Numbered from the stretch's first letter, positions 42,879 to 53,102 are shown. The stretch: 64,000 nt of DNA from Obrimoposthia wandeli (GCA_977020255.1 CDROCS010000506.1:2790001-2854000); one strand, 5' to 3'. The notes: generated from the letters alone by a model not told the origin. Numbers and translations: made by a program.

Positions 42879-44120
42879 ATGTCGGAAGTAATGACAGCAA
42901 ATAAGGGCGCACAACCATCGGCACTCGGTGGTATATTTATTATTACAGGTACCAGTATTGGTGCGGGGATGTTTTCTCTTCCAGTATTAACCTCAAACAT
43001 GTGGTTTGGTTGGGCTGTATTGTTTTTGTGTGTGTCTTGGTACTGCATGTACAGTTCTGCACTTTACTTACTGGAAGCGAACCAGAAATTTAAACATGGT
43101 GTTAATTTTGATTCGATGACCAAAGCACTACTACCAACCTCATTACGACTGCTTAATGGTTTGTCTGTGTTATTCGTTAGTTATATCTTGGTTTATGCTT
43201 ATATTTCTGGCGGTGGCTCAATGCTAGCGCACAGTTTAGATTCTGGTCTGAGTATTGACATCGATCAGTCTGCAGCTAGTTTTATATTTGCTGTGTTACT
43301 GGGTCTGATTGTGAGCTTTAGTACTAAGGCGGTTGACCGTTTTACGTCTGCAATGTTGGGTGGCATGGTGATCACCTTTAGTATTGCTATTTATAGCTTG
43401 CTGAATGGCGCTAACTTTTCGTTATTACAGCCGTTTGCAGAAATGACGGAACGCCTGCCTTATAGCTGGGCTGCAATCCCATCGTTAATGGTGTGCTTTG
43501 GTTTTCATTCTAATATCCCAAGCTTGGTTAAATATTATAATAAAGACAGCTCGAAAGTGGTTAGCTCGATTCGCTATGGTAGCTTGTTAGCGCTTACTAT
43601 TTATTTAATCTGGTTGTTAGCAAGCTTTACTGTTATTGGCCGTGATGGCTTTGCGAGTGTGATTGCACAAGGCGGTAACATGGGCGCGTTAGTATCGGCA
43701 TTAGAGTCTGCTGGTTCTGGTGCAACACTGGCGGTGACGTTGCAGTTGTTTGCTAACTTTGCCGTGGCGACATCATTCTTGGGTGTAGCGCTAGGTTTGT
43801 TTGATTTCTTAACCGACCTGCTTAAACTGGATGACACTTTATCTGGACGTAGTAAAACCGCATTAGTTACTTTTGTACCGCCTATGATTGGTGGCGTATT
43901 ATTGCCTAATGGCTTTATCTATGCGATTGGTTATGCGGGCTTTGCTGCGGCGGTATTCGCTTTGTTTACCCCTGTTGCCTTAGCATTTCAAGCGCGTAAA
44001 CATTTACCAAGTACAGACTTCTTGGTGCCGGGTGGTCAGGCTCGTATGGTGGTCGTACTGGTATTTGCTGTGTGTGTTGTTAGTTTCCAGGTTCTTTCTA
44101 TGATGGGACTGTTAGCTTAA
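42879..44120 (+). CDS. Aromatic amino acid permease (HAAAP; Mtr/TnaB-like tryptophan permease)
   Basis: GTSIGAGMFSLP, CFGFHSNIPSL, AVATSFLGVALGLFD; starts 4 bp after the trpR stop. Confidence 0.88.
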   Translation: MSEVMTANKGAQPSALGGIFIITGTSIGAGMFSLPVLTSNMWFGWAVLFLCVSWYCMYSSALYLLEANQKFKHGVNFDSMTKALLPTSLRLLNGLSVLFVSYILVYAYISGGGSMLAHSLDSGLSIDIDQSAASFIFAVLLGLIVSFSTKAVDRFTSAMLGGMVITFSIAIYSLLNGANFSLLQPFAEMTERLPYSWAAIPSLMVCFGFHSNIPSLVKYYNKDSSKVVSSIRYGSLLALTIYLIWLLASFTVIGRDGFASVIAQGGNMGALVSALESAGSGATLAVTLQLFANFAVATSFLGVALGLFDFLTDLLKLDDTLSGRSKTALVTFVPPMIGGVLLPNGFIYAIGYAGFAAAVFALFTPVALAFQARKHLPSTDFLVPGGQARMVVVLVFAVCVVSFQVLSMMGLLA

Positions 44121-44166
44121 AATAAGTTAGGTCTAGTCGCTTAATCTCAGTTAGGCCATTAGTGTA

Positions 44167-44196
44167 TTGCCGTTAGTGAGTGTTCATTAACGGCAA
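44167..44196 (+). terminator. Stem-loop after the permease
   Basis: TTGCCGTTAGTGA-GTGT-TCATTAACGGCAA; no clear U-tract. Confidence 0.45.
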
Positions 44197-44311
44197 ACTA
44201 GCTAATTAATCACTTTAAATTTAGATAATAATGTTTATTTTCCCAATTAGCTTTGAGTTAATCCTATTTTATTACGTATAATAAAGTATATTTTGATTAC
44301 GTGACTTTAAC

Positions 44312-45208
44312 ATGAATTATTCCTTTTCTCGCATTGCTGCTATTTCTACGCTGGTCTTCTCTCTGTCGGGCTGTTTTGATATTGCCGACATCCCCAAATT
44401 ACATTCTTCATGGAAAGTGGCTGACGCGACATCTGAAAAATCTGAAAATAGTGAACAAGCAGGTTTTGTCACTGATACGATCGCAACATGTCCGGTATTT
44501 ATAGACAATACGACGATAACGAGTGATACGTTACCTGCTGAATTTAGTATTGCTGATTGGAATATTTATAAGCAAGAAGATGACAACTGGCGTCGTGAAT
44601 TGACGAAGTTAATTGAAGATAATGATTTGATTGTCTTACAAGAAGCTAAGTTAAGCTTTTTGTTAGCGCAATTGATGGAACAACATCAATTAAGTTGGAC
44701 TCAAGTTGAAGCTTTCAGTGTTTATAATCAATCAATGGGCGTGTTAACTGCAAGTCGTATTGCGCCTATTTCTGTTTGTAAGCAAGCAATCACTGAGCCA
44801 TGGTTACGTTTTCCTAAATCGACATTGATTAGCTATTACCCTTGGGCTGGCAGTGACGAACCGTTACTTGTTGCTAACATGCACATGATTAATTTCACTT
44901 TAGGTGTCGATGAGTTCACGCAACAACTTGAAGGTGTTATTGCGGTGATCCGCCAGCATGATGGCCCGGTGATTATGGCCGGTGATTTTAATACTTGGAC
45001 CAATAAGCGTTTAGATCAATTACATTTGATGACGACGAGTGTCGAGTTACAAAAATCGGTTTATCAACAAGACGTACGTAGAACGGCCTTTGGTAATCCA
45101 CTGGATGATATTTACTATAGAGGCATGCAGCAGTTAAGCGCATCGTCTTATGCAACGGATGCATCTGATCATAACCCTATTGTCGCGCGTTTTGGTCCGC
45201 TGTTTTAG
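44312..45208 (+). CDS. Endonuclease/exonuclease/phosphatase family protein, YafD-like, with lipobox
   Basis: WNIYKQ, LQEA, MAGDFNTW, LDDIYYRG, SDHNP; N-terminal LSGC. Confidence 0.88.
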   Translation: MNYSFSRIAAISTLVFSLSGCFDIADIPKLHSSWKVADATSEKSENSEQAGFVTDTIATCPVFIDNTTITSDTLPAEFSIADWNIYKQEDDNWRRELTKLIEDNDLIVLQEAKLSFLLAQLMEQHQLSWTQVEAFSVYNQSMGVLTASRIAPISVCKQAITEPWLRFPKSTLISYYPWAGSDEPLLVANMHMINFTLGVDEFTQQLEGVIAVIRQHDGPVIMAGDFNTWTNKRLDQLHLMTTSVELQKSVYQQDVRRTAFGNPLDDIYYRGMQQLSASSYATDASDHNPIVARFGPLF

Positions 45209-45247
45209 CAGTTTAAAATAACTTGAACAGTAGAGGGAATAAATAGA

Positions 45248-45688
45248 ATGGATAAATTTAAACAGCAGTACCCGATTATTGTTGATGATATCGTGCGTTG
45301 GGGTGACATGGATGCGTTTGGTCACGTTAATAATACGGTGTATTTTCGTTACTTTGAACAAGCTCGCATAGGTTATTTTGAACAAATAAAAGCCATGGAA
45401 TACATGCAAACCCATGGTATTGGTCCTATCTTGGCTGCCACGAATTGCCGTTTTAAAGCGCCGTTAAAGTCACCTGATACCATTAAAATTGGTGCGACTG
45501 TGTCAGAGTTTGCTGCGCATAAGCTAATTATGAAATATGCAGTGTGGAGTAATACGTTGCAACGGGTTGTTGCTGAAGGGGAAGGTGTGATTGTATTTGT
45601 AGATTACTTAACTCATAAGAAAATGCCGGTACCTGCAGATATTGTTGATAAGATAAAGTTGTTACAACCAGCGTTATTTACTGCTTAG
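45248..45688 (+). CDS. Acyl-CoA thioesterase (4HBT/YbgC hot-dog fold)
   Basis: VRWGDMDAFGHVNNTVYFRYFEQAR. Confidence 0.92.
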   Translation: MDKFKQQYPIIVDDIVRWGDMDAFGHVNNTVYFRYFEQARIGYFEQIKAMEYMQTHGIGPILAATNCRFKAPLKSPDTIKIGATVSEFAAHKLIMKYAVWSNTLQRVVAEGEGVIVFVDYLTHKKMPVPADIVDKIKLLQPALFTA

Positions 45689-45807
45689 CTTTATTTCACT
45701 TCACTAAGTGAATTTAAGTAAGACAAAGTAAGAAAAATAAGGCAAAAAAAAGCAGACTAAATAAATTTAGTCTGCTCACAGTCTTATTTTTTACAACAGT
45801 GTTGTAA

Positions 45808-46251
45808 TTAAAGGCTGTTTTTTGCTGCGTTTTCGTTTAAGAATAGGCAACCAAGTGTGAATGCATTCTGTTGGAATTTTTTCAGACCCGTTTCAGCAAA
45901 ATCAACAAAGATCGGGTGATCTTGTACTAATTGCTTGTAGAACGTTTGTGAAACCATGTTCACTTCAACGCTATCAACAAGTTGGATCGCCGCTTCAGCT
46001 TTAAAGCTTGTTGAGCTACCACTAAACTTGCCTTTTGTTAGACGTTCTTTGATCACAACATTTTCAATTTTATAATCTGTCATTAACTGGGCAAATTCTT
46101 TATGAAACTGACGCATCTGATACGCTTCAGTTGAACTTGCTAAGGTAATTTTTCTTTTACGACATTCAATAAGCTCAAACATTCCGTCTTTTAAAGATAG
46201 GAAACATAGATTTACTTCATTGCCTGCTAGTTCAACACTACAAATTCTCAT
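45808..46251 (-). CDS. DUF3010 family protein
   Basis: MRICSVELAGNE...FAQLMTDYKIE.VVIKER..KGKFSG...FKAEAAIQL; ATG 46251. Confidence 0.75.
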   Translation of the reverse strand: MRICSVELAGNEVNLCFLSLKDGMFELIECRKRKITLASSTEAYQMRQFHKEFAQLMTDYKIENVVIKERLTKGKFSGSSTSFKAEAAIQLVDSVEVNMVSQTFYKQLVQDHPIFVDFAETGLKKFQQNAFTLGCLFLNENAAKNSL

Positions 46252-46387
46252 TAAATAACTCACCATAAATAAAGATAACTTCGCTATTATAACCACTTTG
46301 TTGTCAGTTAACATGGTTATCGTTGTTTCGTTGTGAATTTATACGATAGCATATCCCCTATAAACGACTTAATTGTAAGGAAACAGA

Positions 46388-47062
46388 ATGACATATTTAC
46401 CTTGTGTTGAAATTGAACCTACGCAGGCTGCAAACGCGAGTGTTATTTGGCTACATGGACTGGGCGCTAATGGCCATGATTTTGCTGGCGTGGTGCCAAT
46501 GATCGCATTACCGAGTGAACAGCAAGTGCGTTATGTTTTTCCGCATGCGCCAGAAATCAGCGTAACGATTAATAATGGTTACAGGATGCCGGCTTGGTAT
46601 GACATCTTGGAGATGACACTCGAACGTAAAATTGATATGTCAGGTTTAATGCACAGTGTTGAGCAAGTGCAAAATTTGATCCAGCGTGAGATTGACCGTG
46701 GAATTGATAGCACACGGATCATAGTTGCAGGTTTTTCTCAAGGTGGTGCGGTGGCTTACGAAAGTGCGCTAACCTTTACTAAACCGCTAGCGGGATTGAT
46801 GGTGATGTCGAGCTACTTTGCCACCGCTAAAACGATTAAACTAGATCAACAGAATCTTACATTACCTATCCACATATATCATGGTAGCGCGGATCCTGTG
46901 GTTGCTGAATCATTAGGATTGGATGCAATGAAATATCTAGCAGCATTCGGTTTTCAACCTCAATATCATCGCTATCTTGCAGAGCATACTGTTACGCCGC
47001 AGCAAATAAATGATATATCACAACATATACAGCAGTTTTTATCGACTAAAGCGACAAGTTAG
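46388..47062 (+). CDS. Phospholipase/carboxylesterase (alpha/beta hydrolase)
   Basis: WLHGLGA, MPAWYDI, GFSQGG nucleophile motif, HGSADPVV, EH. Confidence 0.92.
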   Translation: MTYLPCVEIEPTQAANASVIWLHGLGANGHDFAGVVPMIALPSEQQVRYVFPHAPEISVTINNGYRMPAWYDILEMTLERKIDMSGLMHSVEQVQNLIQREIDRGIDSTRIIVAGFSQGGAVAYESALTFTKPLAGLMVMSSYFATAKTIKLDQQNLTLPIHIYHGSADPVVAESLGLDAMKYLAAFGFQPQYHRYLAEHTVTPQQINDISQHIQQFLSTKATS

Positions 47063-47234
47063 CATTAATAGTGGCTATTTTTAACTGTTTAAATTGTTTC
47101 GATCTATCTCGATTATAGCCTTATTATTTTGTTATCGAGGTCACAACAATAGCTGTTTTAAAGGTCGTTGTGATCTCATTCTTGACGATTACATCTATGC
47201 TTAAGGTTCCTAGTATTATTGATAAGATTGAACA

Positions 47235-47702
47235 ATGCATCAGAATAAAGCCCGAAATCCAAGAGATGTTAATAATGTGATAATCGATAATTTTATGGCG
47301 ACTAATGACATTCATAATCCAGACATTAATCCAGAAATGGAAAGCCTGATAGAGCAACGATCTAGTCAAGTACCTGAAAATACAGAAGTCACACTGGCGA
47401 CAAAGATGAATTTCGTCAGACAAGTTTGGCTGGCTGGATTAGGCGCTTATAGTCATAGTATCGACGAGCTTAATAATGCTGGTGAAAAATCATCAATGGT
47501 TTTTGAAGAGTTGTTAGAACAGGGCGAGAAAGTTGACCGTGCATTTAAGCTGCATACGACAGGTGAGTACATTTCTTTACATGGCTTAGATAAATTGATC
47601 CAACGGACTTATGCAAAAGTAACGGGTGTCGAACGTGATAAAATAGACCAATTAAACGCTAAGCTCGATGCGTTATTGGCTCAATTGGCAGATAAAAAAT
47701 AA
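47235..47702 (+). CDS. Phasin/PhaI-like polyhydroxyalkanoate granule-associated family protein
   Basis: RQVWLAGLGAY...FEELLEQGEK; C-terminal coiled IDQLNAKLDAL; start uncertain. Confidence 0.7.
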   Translation: MHQNKARNPRDVNNVIIDNFMATNDIHNPDINPEMESLIEQRSSQVPENTEVTLATKMNFVRQVWLAGLGAYSHSIDELNNAGEKSSMVFEELLEQGEKVDRAFKLHTTGEYISLHGLDKLIQRTYAKVTGVERDKIDQLNAKLDALLAQLADKK

Positions 47703-47762
47703 CCACTTAGTTTTCGCTAAGTGGTTTATTTTTCTTACTAGCATTCGATAATCTTAATAAGA

Positions 47763-48506
47763 TTAATCTTCGGCGAGTAATTTACTCAGATATTCGCTGG
47801 CATTAGCTCTGATAGGCATGAAGTAGACATTGTCATCTTTAGCTTGTACTTTTTTGATCATCGCACGGCCAAACTCAATGTTCCATTCTTTCGTTGGTTC
47901 GAAATCACTTGGAAAGACCACGTCATTTTTGTTTTCCCAGTATGATTTACTGGTTTCACTATGAATTGGGCTCATGCCCCAAAATACTTCAGTATCCTGT
48001 AACATATCCATGTATAAATCGAGAAACTTCAAATCAAAAAAGGGTTGCGTGAAGAAACCATCAACACCCGCATCAATTTTATCATGAATATAATCGAGCT
48101 CTTTACGCATACTGGTTCGATATTGATCGATAGCGGCGTAAACCTTCATATAAGGCAGTTCTTTTTTGATAATACGGATGAGTTCGCACGATGTATTACG
48201 GTAAGTTCGGTGTGAGATATCTTGCGGCGGATCACCTTCAACAACGAGCACTGAGTTGATCTTACTGTGACGGAAAAAATCAGTTAATGGAAAACCGTTG
48301 CGTAGATCAAAATCAATAGCGCGTAGGTGGGGGATCACTTCATCGAATTTATCTTGTAAGCGATCACATGCATCCCAGCTACGTACATCAAAGCGTAGCA
48401 AGTCAGGAATATTCAGCGTATTTATTTGACCAAACTGGCTAACTTCTTCAACTTCAGTATTTAAGGCTTCCCATGAACGGGGTACAAGCTCTATTGAGTA
48501 TTTCAA
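47763..48506 (-). CDS. Short methylenetetrahydrofolate reductase (MetF-like) family protein
   Basis: SIELVPR, VEGDPP, KIDAGVDGFFTQPFFD; TTG at 48506 follows AAGGGA. Confidence 0.75.
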   Translation of the reverse strand: MKYSIELVPRSWEALNTEVEEVSQFGQINTLNIPDLLRFDVRSWDACDRLQDKFDEVIPHLRAIDFDLRNGFPLTDFFRHSKINSVLVVEGDPPQDISHRTYRNTSCELIRIIKKELPYMKVYAAIDQYRTSMRKELDYIHDKIDAGVDGFFTQPFFDLKFLDLYMDMLQDTEVFWGMSPIHSETSKSYWENKNDVVFPSDFEPTKEWNIEFGRAMIKKVQAKDDNVYFMPIRANASEYLSKLLAED

Positions 48507-48616
48507 ATTACATCCCTTTTTTATCAACAGTCCTGGTTGATAATCCTTTTAATACCCAAACTCGGCTCCGCGTGTTTGGGCTTTTTCCAATTATTGATAT
48601 AACGTGGGTATATCTC

Positions 48617-49468
48617 TTATTTATTTGCGGCTAACTGCTGTAACCAAGCGATTTCAGCAGCCCAAATAGTATCATCTATTGTTTCCAATACCATAGGTAT
48701 ACCATTAAAGCGCTCATCCTGCATGATAAATTTGAAGGCATCTTCACCAATAAAACCTTGGCCTAAGCTGTGATGGCGATCAACTTTTGTGCCGAGCTCT
48801 ACTTTACTGTCATTTATGTGCATACCTGCGAGGTATTCAAAGCCGACAATACGTTCAAAATCGTTAAAAGTTTGCTCACACGCTGCAAAGGTACGTAAGT
48901 CATATCCTGCGACAAAGGTGTGGCAAGTATCAATACATACACCCACACGGCTCTTGTCTTCGACTTGATCAATGATCTCGGCGAGATGCTCAAAAGTGTA
49001 ACCTAAATTGGTACCTTGACCTGCGGTGTTTTCGATAACGGCTTTTACTGACGTTGATTTATCCAGTGCTAAGTTAATTGATTCAGCGACACGCTTTAAA
49101 CTTTCTGATTCTGATATCTTTTTTAAGTGGCTACCAGGGTGGAAGTTAAGCAAGGTTAAGCCAAGTTGCTCACAGCGGTGCATTTCATCATAAAAAGCAT
49201 TGCGTGATTTGTCTAAGGCCTCAGCGTCTGGGTGGCCAAGGTTAATTAAATAAGAATCGTGCGGTAAAATTTGCGCTGCGGTAAAGTTATAACGTTTACA
49301 GTTGGCTTTAAATTTACGGATATCATCAGGGCTGAGATCTTTGGCATCCCAGCGACGTTGGTTCTTGGTAAATAGAGCAAATGCAGTAGCGCCTAAATCG
49401 TGGGCATTTTTAGGGGCATTCCATACGCCTCCGGCTGCAGATACGTGCGCGCCAATAAATTTAGTCAT
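48617..49468 (-). CDS. nfo: Endonuclease IV
   Basis: [51 protein letters not shown]. Confidence 0.97.
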   Translation of the reverse strand: MTKFIGAHVSAAGGVWNAPKNAHDLGATAFALFTKNQRRWDAKDLSPDDIRKFKANCKRYNFTAAQILPHDSYLINLGHPDAEALDKSRNAFYDEMHRCEQLGLTLLNFHPGSHLKKISESESLKRVAESINLALDKSTSVKAVIENTAGQGTNLGYTFEHLAEIIDQVEDKSRVGVCIDTCHTFVAGYDLRTFAACEQTFNDFERIVGFEYLAGMHINDSKVELGTKVDRHHSLGQGFIGEDAFKFIMQDERFNGIPMVLETIDDTIWAAEIAWLQQLAANK

Positions 49469-49589
49469 TTTTTGCTCCATTGTTTTAGGTATTCCGCATT
49501 TTTAGTCAATTTGGTGACAAAACAGTTTTAAAGAAGGCTTTTTACGATAAAATTAGTTTTTTGGCAATGCTAATCTTTGGGAGTTATTA

Positions 49590-50270
49590 ATGAAAACGTG
49601 GGCAGAATTTTTGTTGAATGAACAACAACAGCCGTACTACTTAGCGCTAGACAACTTTATTTCAGCAGAAAGAGCAGCTGGCAAAGTTGTATACCCTAAA
49701 CAAGATGATGTATTTCAAGCATTTTCATTAACACCGTTAAAAGATGTCAAAGTAGTGATTTTGGGACAAGACCCGTATCACGGGCCTGATCAAGCCCATG
49801 GTTTGTGTTTTTCGGTATTGCCGGGCATTAAGATCCCGCCTTCATTGCGTAATATGTATAAAGAACTAACAACGGATATTGCAGATTTTGCCACACCTGA
49901 CCACGGTTATTTAATCGAGTGGGCACAACAAGGTATTTTGATGCTTAATACGGTATTAACTGTAGAACAAGCGCAAGCGCATTCACATGCTAAATCCGGT
50001 TGGGAGACGTTCACTGATCATGTCGTTGAACTGCTGAACCAGCAAGATGAAGAAATTATTTTTGTGTTGTGGGGCAATCACGCGAAGAAGAAAGGCCGCC
50101 ATATTGACCGTAGTCGTCATCATGTCTTAGAAGGTGTACATCCGTCGCCATTATCTGCCAGTCGTGGGTTCTTCGGCAGCCAGCATTTTTCTGCTATCAA
50201 CAGCCGTTTACAAACTCGCGAGCAAACACCGATTAATTGGCAAGTCAGTGCTGTTGAGACGCTAGTCTAA
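49590..50270 (+). CDS. ung: Uracil-DNA glycosylase
   Basis: [28 protein letters not shown]. Confidence 0.97.
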   Translation: MKTWAEFLLNEQQQPYYLALDNFISAERAAGKVVYPKQDDVFQAFSLTPLKDVKVVILGQDPYHGPDQAHGLCFSVLPGIKIPPSLRNMYKELTTDIADFATPDHGYLIEWAQQGILMLNTVLTVEQAQAHSHAKSGWETFTDHVVELLNQQDEEIIFVLWGNHAKKKGRHIDRSRHHVLEGVHPSPLSASRGFFGSQHFSAINSRLQTREQTPINWQVSAVETLV

Positions 50271-50419
50271 ATTTCACCTTTATTTTTCATTTCTTCTCAA
50301 ACTAATACCTCTATGTGGGTGGTTGATACGGTGAAAATAGGTAAATAGTGAAGCGGATCAAAGTAACTAATACTATATGGGTATATAATGATGAGAGATA
50401 ATTTCAAATTGGAGTTTAT

Positions 50420-51001
50420 ATGTTATCTCTCATTACTAAAGATCATGAACAAGTAGAGTTACTGTTAAATGTATTAACTGAGCAGTTAGCGGAACTCGAA
50501 TCTGAGCAGCAGAGTGTTAATTTTAAATTGATGGATGATATTGTCCATTACCTACGTAATTATATTGATCGTTACCATCACCCTAAAGAAGACCTGATCT
50601 ATTCATATTACCTCGAGAATTATGTCGAAGATGCAAGTATGCCGAATCGTTTAGCATCGGAACATCAAAGTCTGAATTTCTTGAGTCGTGAACTTTCAAG
50701 TGCTTTGAATATGATCCAGCTTGACTCAGTGATGCCATTCGATGAACTAGCGAGGCAACTAAGAAGCTTTGTTGATAAACAACGCAGCCATATTCAATAT
50801 GAAAACAATGTTGTTATGCCGTTAATGGCTGAAAAGTTCACTGCTGATGATTGGTGTCAGATTGAGCATTTGTGGAAGAATGGTGATGTACAAGATATAA
50901 AAACATTGGCGGTGTTTAATGAGGTCTACGATCGACTTAAACAACGTATTATTGATGCCGGATTTATGCATGAAATTGATGAAGAGTTGTGCTTAGTTTA
51001 A
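50420..51001 (+). CDS. Hemerythrin/HHE domain protein
   Basis: DH, YHHPKEDLIY, EH, HIQYEN metal-ligand pattern. Confidence 0.85.
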   Translation: MLSLITKDHEQVELLLNVLTEQLAELESEQQSVNFKLMDDIVHYLRNYIDRYHHPKEDLIYSYYLENYVEDASMPNRLASEHQSLNFLSRELSSALNMIQLDSVMPFDELARQLRSFVDKQRSHIQYENNVVMPLMAEKFTADDWCQIEHLWKNGDVQDIKTLAVFNEVYDRLKQRIIDAGFMHEIDEELCLV

Positions 51002-51061
51002 ATGTGTTTTAAAGCATAACCTAGTAAAGGTATTATCCTACAGACATTATGATGAATGAAT

Positions 51062-51094
51062 AAAAAAAGCCGCATGATGACATGCGGCTTTTTT
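51062..51094. terminator. Bidirectional terminator
   Basis: AAAAAAAGCCGCATG-ATGA-CATGCGGCTTTTTT between convergent genes. Confidence 0.88.
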
Positions 51095-51095
51095 A

Positions 51096-51263
51096 TTAAG
51101 CAATAAGATCAGAGTAATAACTTAAAGGATCGTCATAACCGTCCATTTCCCTCTCCAAATTAAGCTTATCTTTAATTGCTTCGATCTCACGCCATTTACG
51201 TTTTGATGCTGACTTTGTTTCTTTTTTTGTATTTTCTATCGACACTTGATTTATTCCTTCCAT
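51096..51263 (-). CDS. DUF3545 family small protein
   Basis: KRKWREIEAIKDK motif; ATG 51263. Confidence 0.8.
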   Translation of the reverse strand: MEGINQVSIENTKKETKSASKRKWREIEAIKDKLNLEREMDGYDDPLSYYSDLIA

Positions 51264-51582
51264 GGGATCACCTTTGTAATGATAGTTACACACTCTCTAT
51301 ACCATTTTTTTCATGCCTATGGTCATACTTTGCTATGGTTTTGAGTGTCAGATCACGGAAAAACACCTAGAATGGAAAAGGTATAAAATAGTTTATCTAA
51401 AAATGCGGTTTAAATGTGACATGTATATATCCCATTAGGGGCGCTATTGCGACTTCAGGAATTTTAACGCCTGTTTATTAACAATATATTGGTTTTTTGT
51501 GTTATATTCCGCGCCATGTTTAGTTAGTGGTGTTATTTTAACTACTATCTATAGATTTTAATAACAGTTTGGAAGGGAAAAT

Positions 51583-52998
51583 ATGACGGAAGTTATCGAC
51601 TTTATAAATGGCTTGTTGTGGGGCTCTGTACTGGTTTACCTACTTATCGGCACCGGTTTGTATTTTACCATAAAATTAGGTTTTATCCAGTTCCGCCACT
51701 TTACTCATATGTTTTCAGTTCTTGCTGGTAGCCGTAAAAGCAGCAATGAAGGTGTTTCATCATTTCAAGCATTATGTACAAGTTTAGCTGCGCGTGTTGG
51801 TACGGGTAACCTTGCTGGTGTTGCTGTTGCAATTACCGCTGGTGGTCCAGGTGCAGTATTCTGGATGTGGCTAATTGCTGTTATTGGTATGGCGACGAGC
51901 TTTGCTGAAAGCTCATTAGCACAATTATTTAAAACCAAAGATGCAGATGGTAATTTCCGTGGTGGCCCAGCTTACTATATGGAAAAAGGCTTAGGCCGTC
52001 GTTGGATGGGTGTTATATTTTCAATCTGTCTAATCGTTGCATTTGGTTTAGTATTTAATGCCGTGCAGTCTGATGCAATTGCTAACTCGATGCATAACGC
52101 GTTTGGTTTTGATAAAACGATTGTTGGTATTGTATTAGTCGTATTCACGAGTGTGATCATCTTTGGTGGTCTACGTGTGATTGGTGCATTTGCTGAAATC
52201 GTAGTGCCATTCATGGCATTGGCTTACATCCTGATTGCGTTTGTTGTTGTTGCAATGAACATTTCAGAATTGCCTGCGGTATTTGAATTAATCATTAAAT
52301 CTGCATTCGGCCTCGATGAAGCTGCTGGTGGCGCACTTGGTGTTGCTATGATGCAAGGTATTAAACGTGGTTTGTTCTCGAATGAAGCGGGTATGGGTAG
52401 TGCACCAAATGCTGCGGCAAGTGCGGCTCCATTCCCTAACCACCCTGCATCTCAAGGTTATGTGCAAATGCTAGGTGTGTTCATTGATACTATTGTTATC
52501 TGTACAGCAACTGCATCGATTATCTTACTGTCTGATCTTGGTGATACATCAGGTATTGGTGGTATCGAATTAACCCAGCATGCATTGTCATCTCATGTGG
52601 GTGATTGGGGTAGTACTTTTGTTGCTATTGCTATTTTGTTCTTCGCATTTACGTCAATCGTAGCGAACTACTCGTATGCAGAAACTAGCATCTTATTCTT
52701 GAACCGTGATTCAAAAGTGATGGTGTGGATCTTCCGTGCAGCGGTATTAGGTATGGTTATGTTTGGTGCGGTTGCTAAATCAGATCTGATTTGGAATATG
52801 GCTGATGCATCAATGGGCCTAATGGCACTGGTTAATATTATCGCCATCTTGATGTTGTCTAAATATGTAATTATCGTTGCTAAAGATTACAACAAACAAT
52901 TAGCAGCGGGTAAGACGCCAACATTTGATAGTGCTGAATTCCCTGAAATCGATAAAAAGATTAACAGTGAAATTTGGAACTCTAAGTTTAAGAAATAG
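51583..52998 (+). CDS. Alanine/glycine:cation symporter (AGCS family)
   Basis: SLAARVGTGNLAGV, GGPGAVFWMW, RGLFSNEAGMGS, DTIVICTAT. Confidence 0.95.
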   Translation: MTEVIDFINGLLWGSVLVYLLIGTGLYFTIKLGFIQFRHFTHMFSVLAGSRKSSNEGVSSFQALCTSLAARVGTGNLAGVAVAITAGGPGAVFWMWLIAVIGMATSFAESSLAQLFKTKDADGNFRGGPAYYMEKGLGRRWMGVIFSICLIVAFGLVFNAVQSDAIANSMHNAFGFDKTIVGIVLVVFTSVIIFGGLRVIGAFAEIVVPFMALAYILIAFVVVAMNISELPAVFELIIKSAFGLDEAAGGALGVAMMQGIKRGLFSNEAGMGSAPNAAASAAPFPNHPASQGYVQMLGVFIDTIVICTATASIILLSDLGDTSGIGGIELTQHALSSHVGDWGSTFVAIAILFFAFTSIVANYSYAETSILFLNRDSKVMVWIFRAAVLGMVMFGAVAKSDLIWNMADASMGLMALVNIIAILMLSKYVIIVAKDYNKQLAAGKTPTFDSAEFPEIDKKINSEIWNSKFKK

Positions 52999-53066
52999 TA
53001 TTCAGCTATTAAAGAAACTTACATAAATACAGTTTAAAAGCACTTAAATCAGTCTTTTAAAATTAG

Positions 53067-53102
53067 AAAAAGCCACTCATTATTGTAATGAGTGGCTTTT
53101 TT
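53067..53102 (+). terminator. Terminator after the AGCS gene
   Basis: AAAAAGCCACTCATTA-TTG-TAATGAGTGGCTTTTTT. Confidence 0.88.

Noticed and set aside
48507-48616. SAM-II/SAM-V riboswitch suggested by the AAAAAAGGG end of the metF-like leader
   Set aside because: The conserved UGAUUUAACCG/UUGAAC loop and GCUAAA element are absent; kept only as an unclassified structure.
51294-51582. Glycine riboswitch expected upstream of an AGCS symporter
   Set aside because: No GGAGA...CUCAGG...CUCU tandem aptamer pattern seen.
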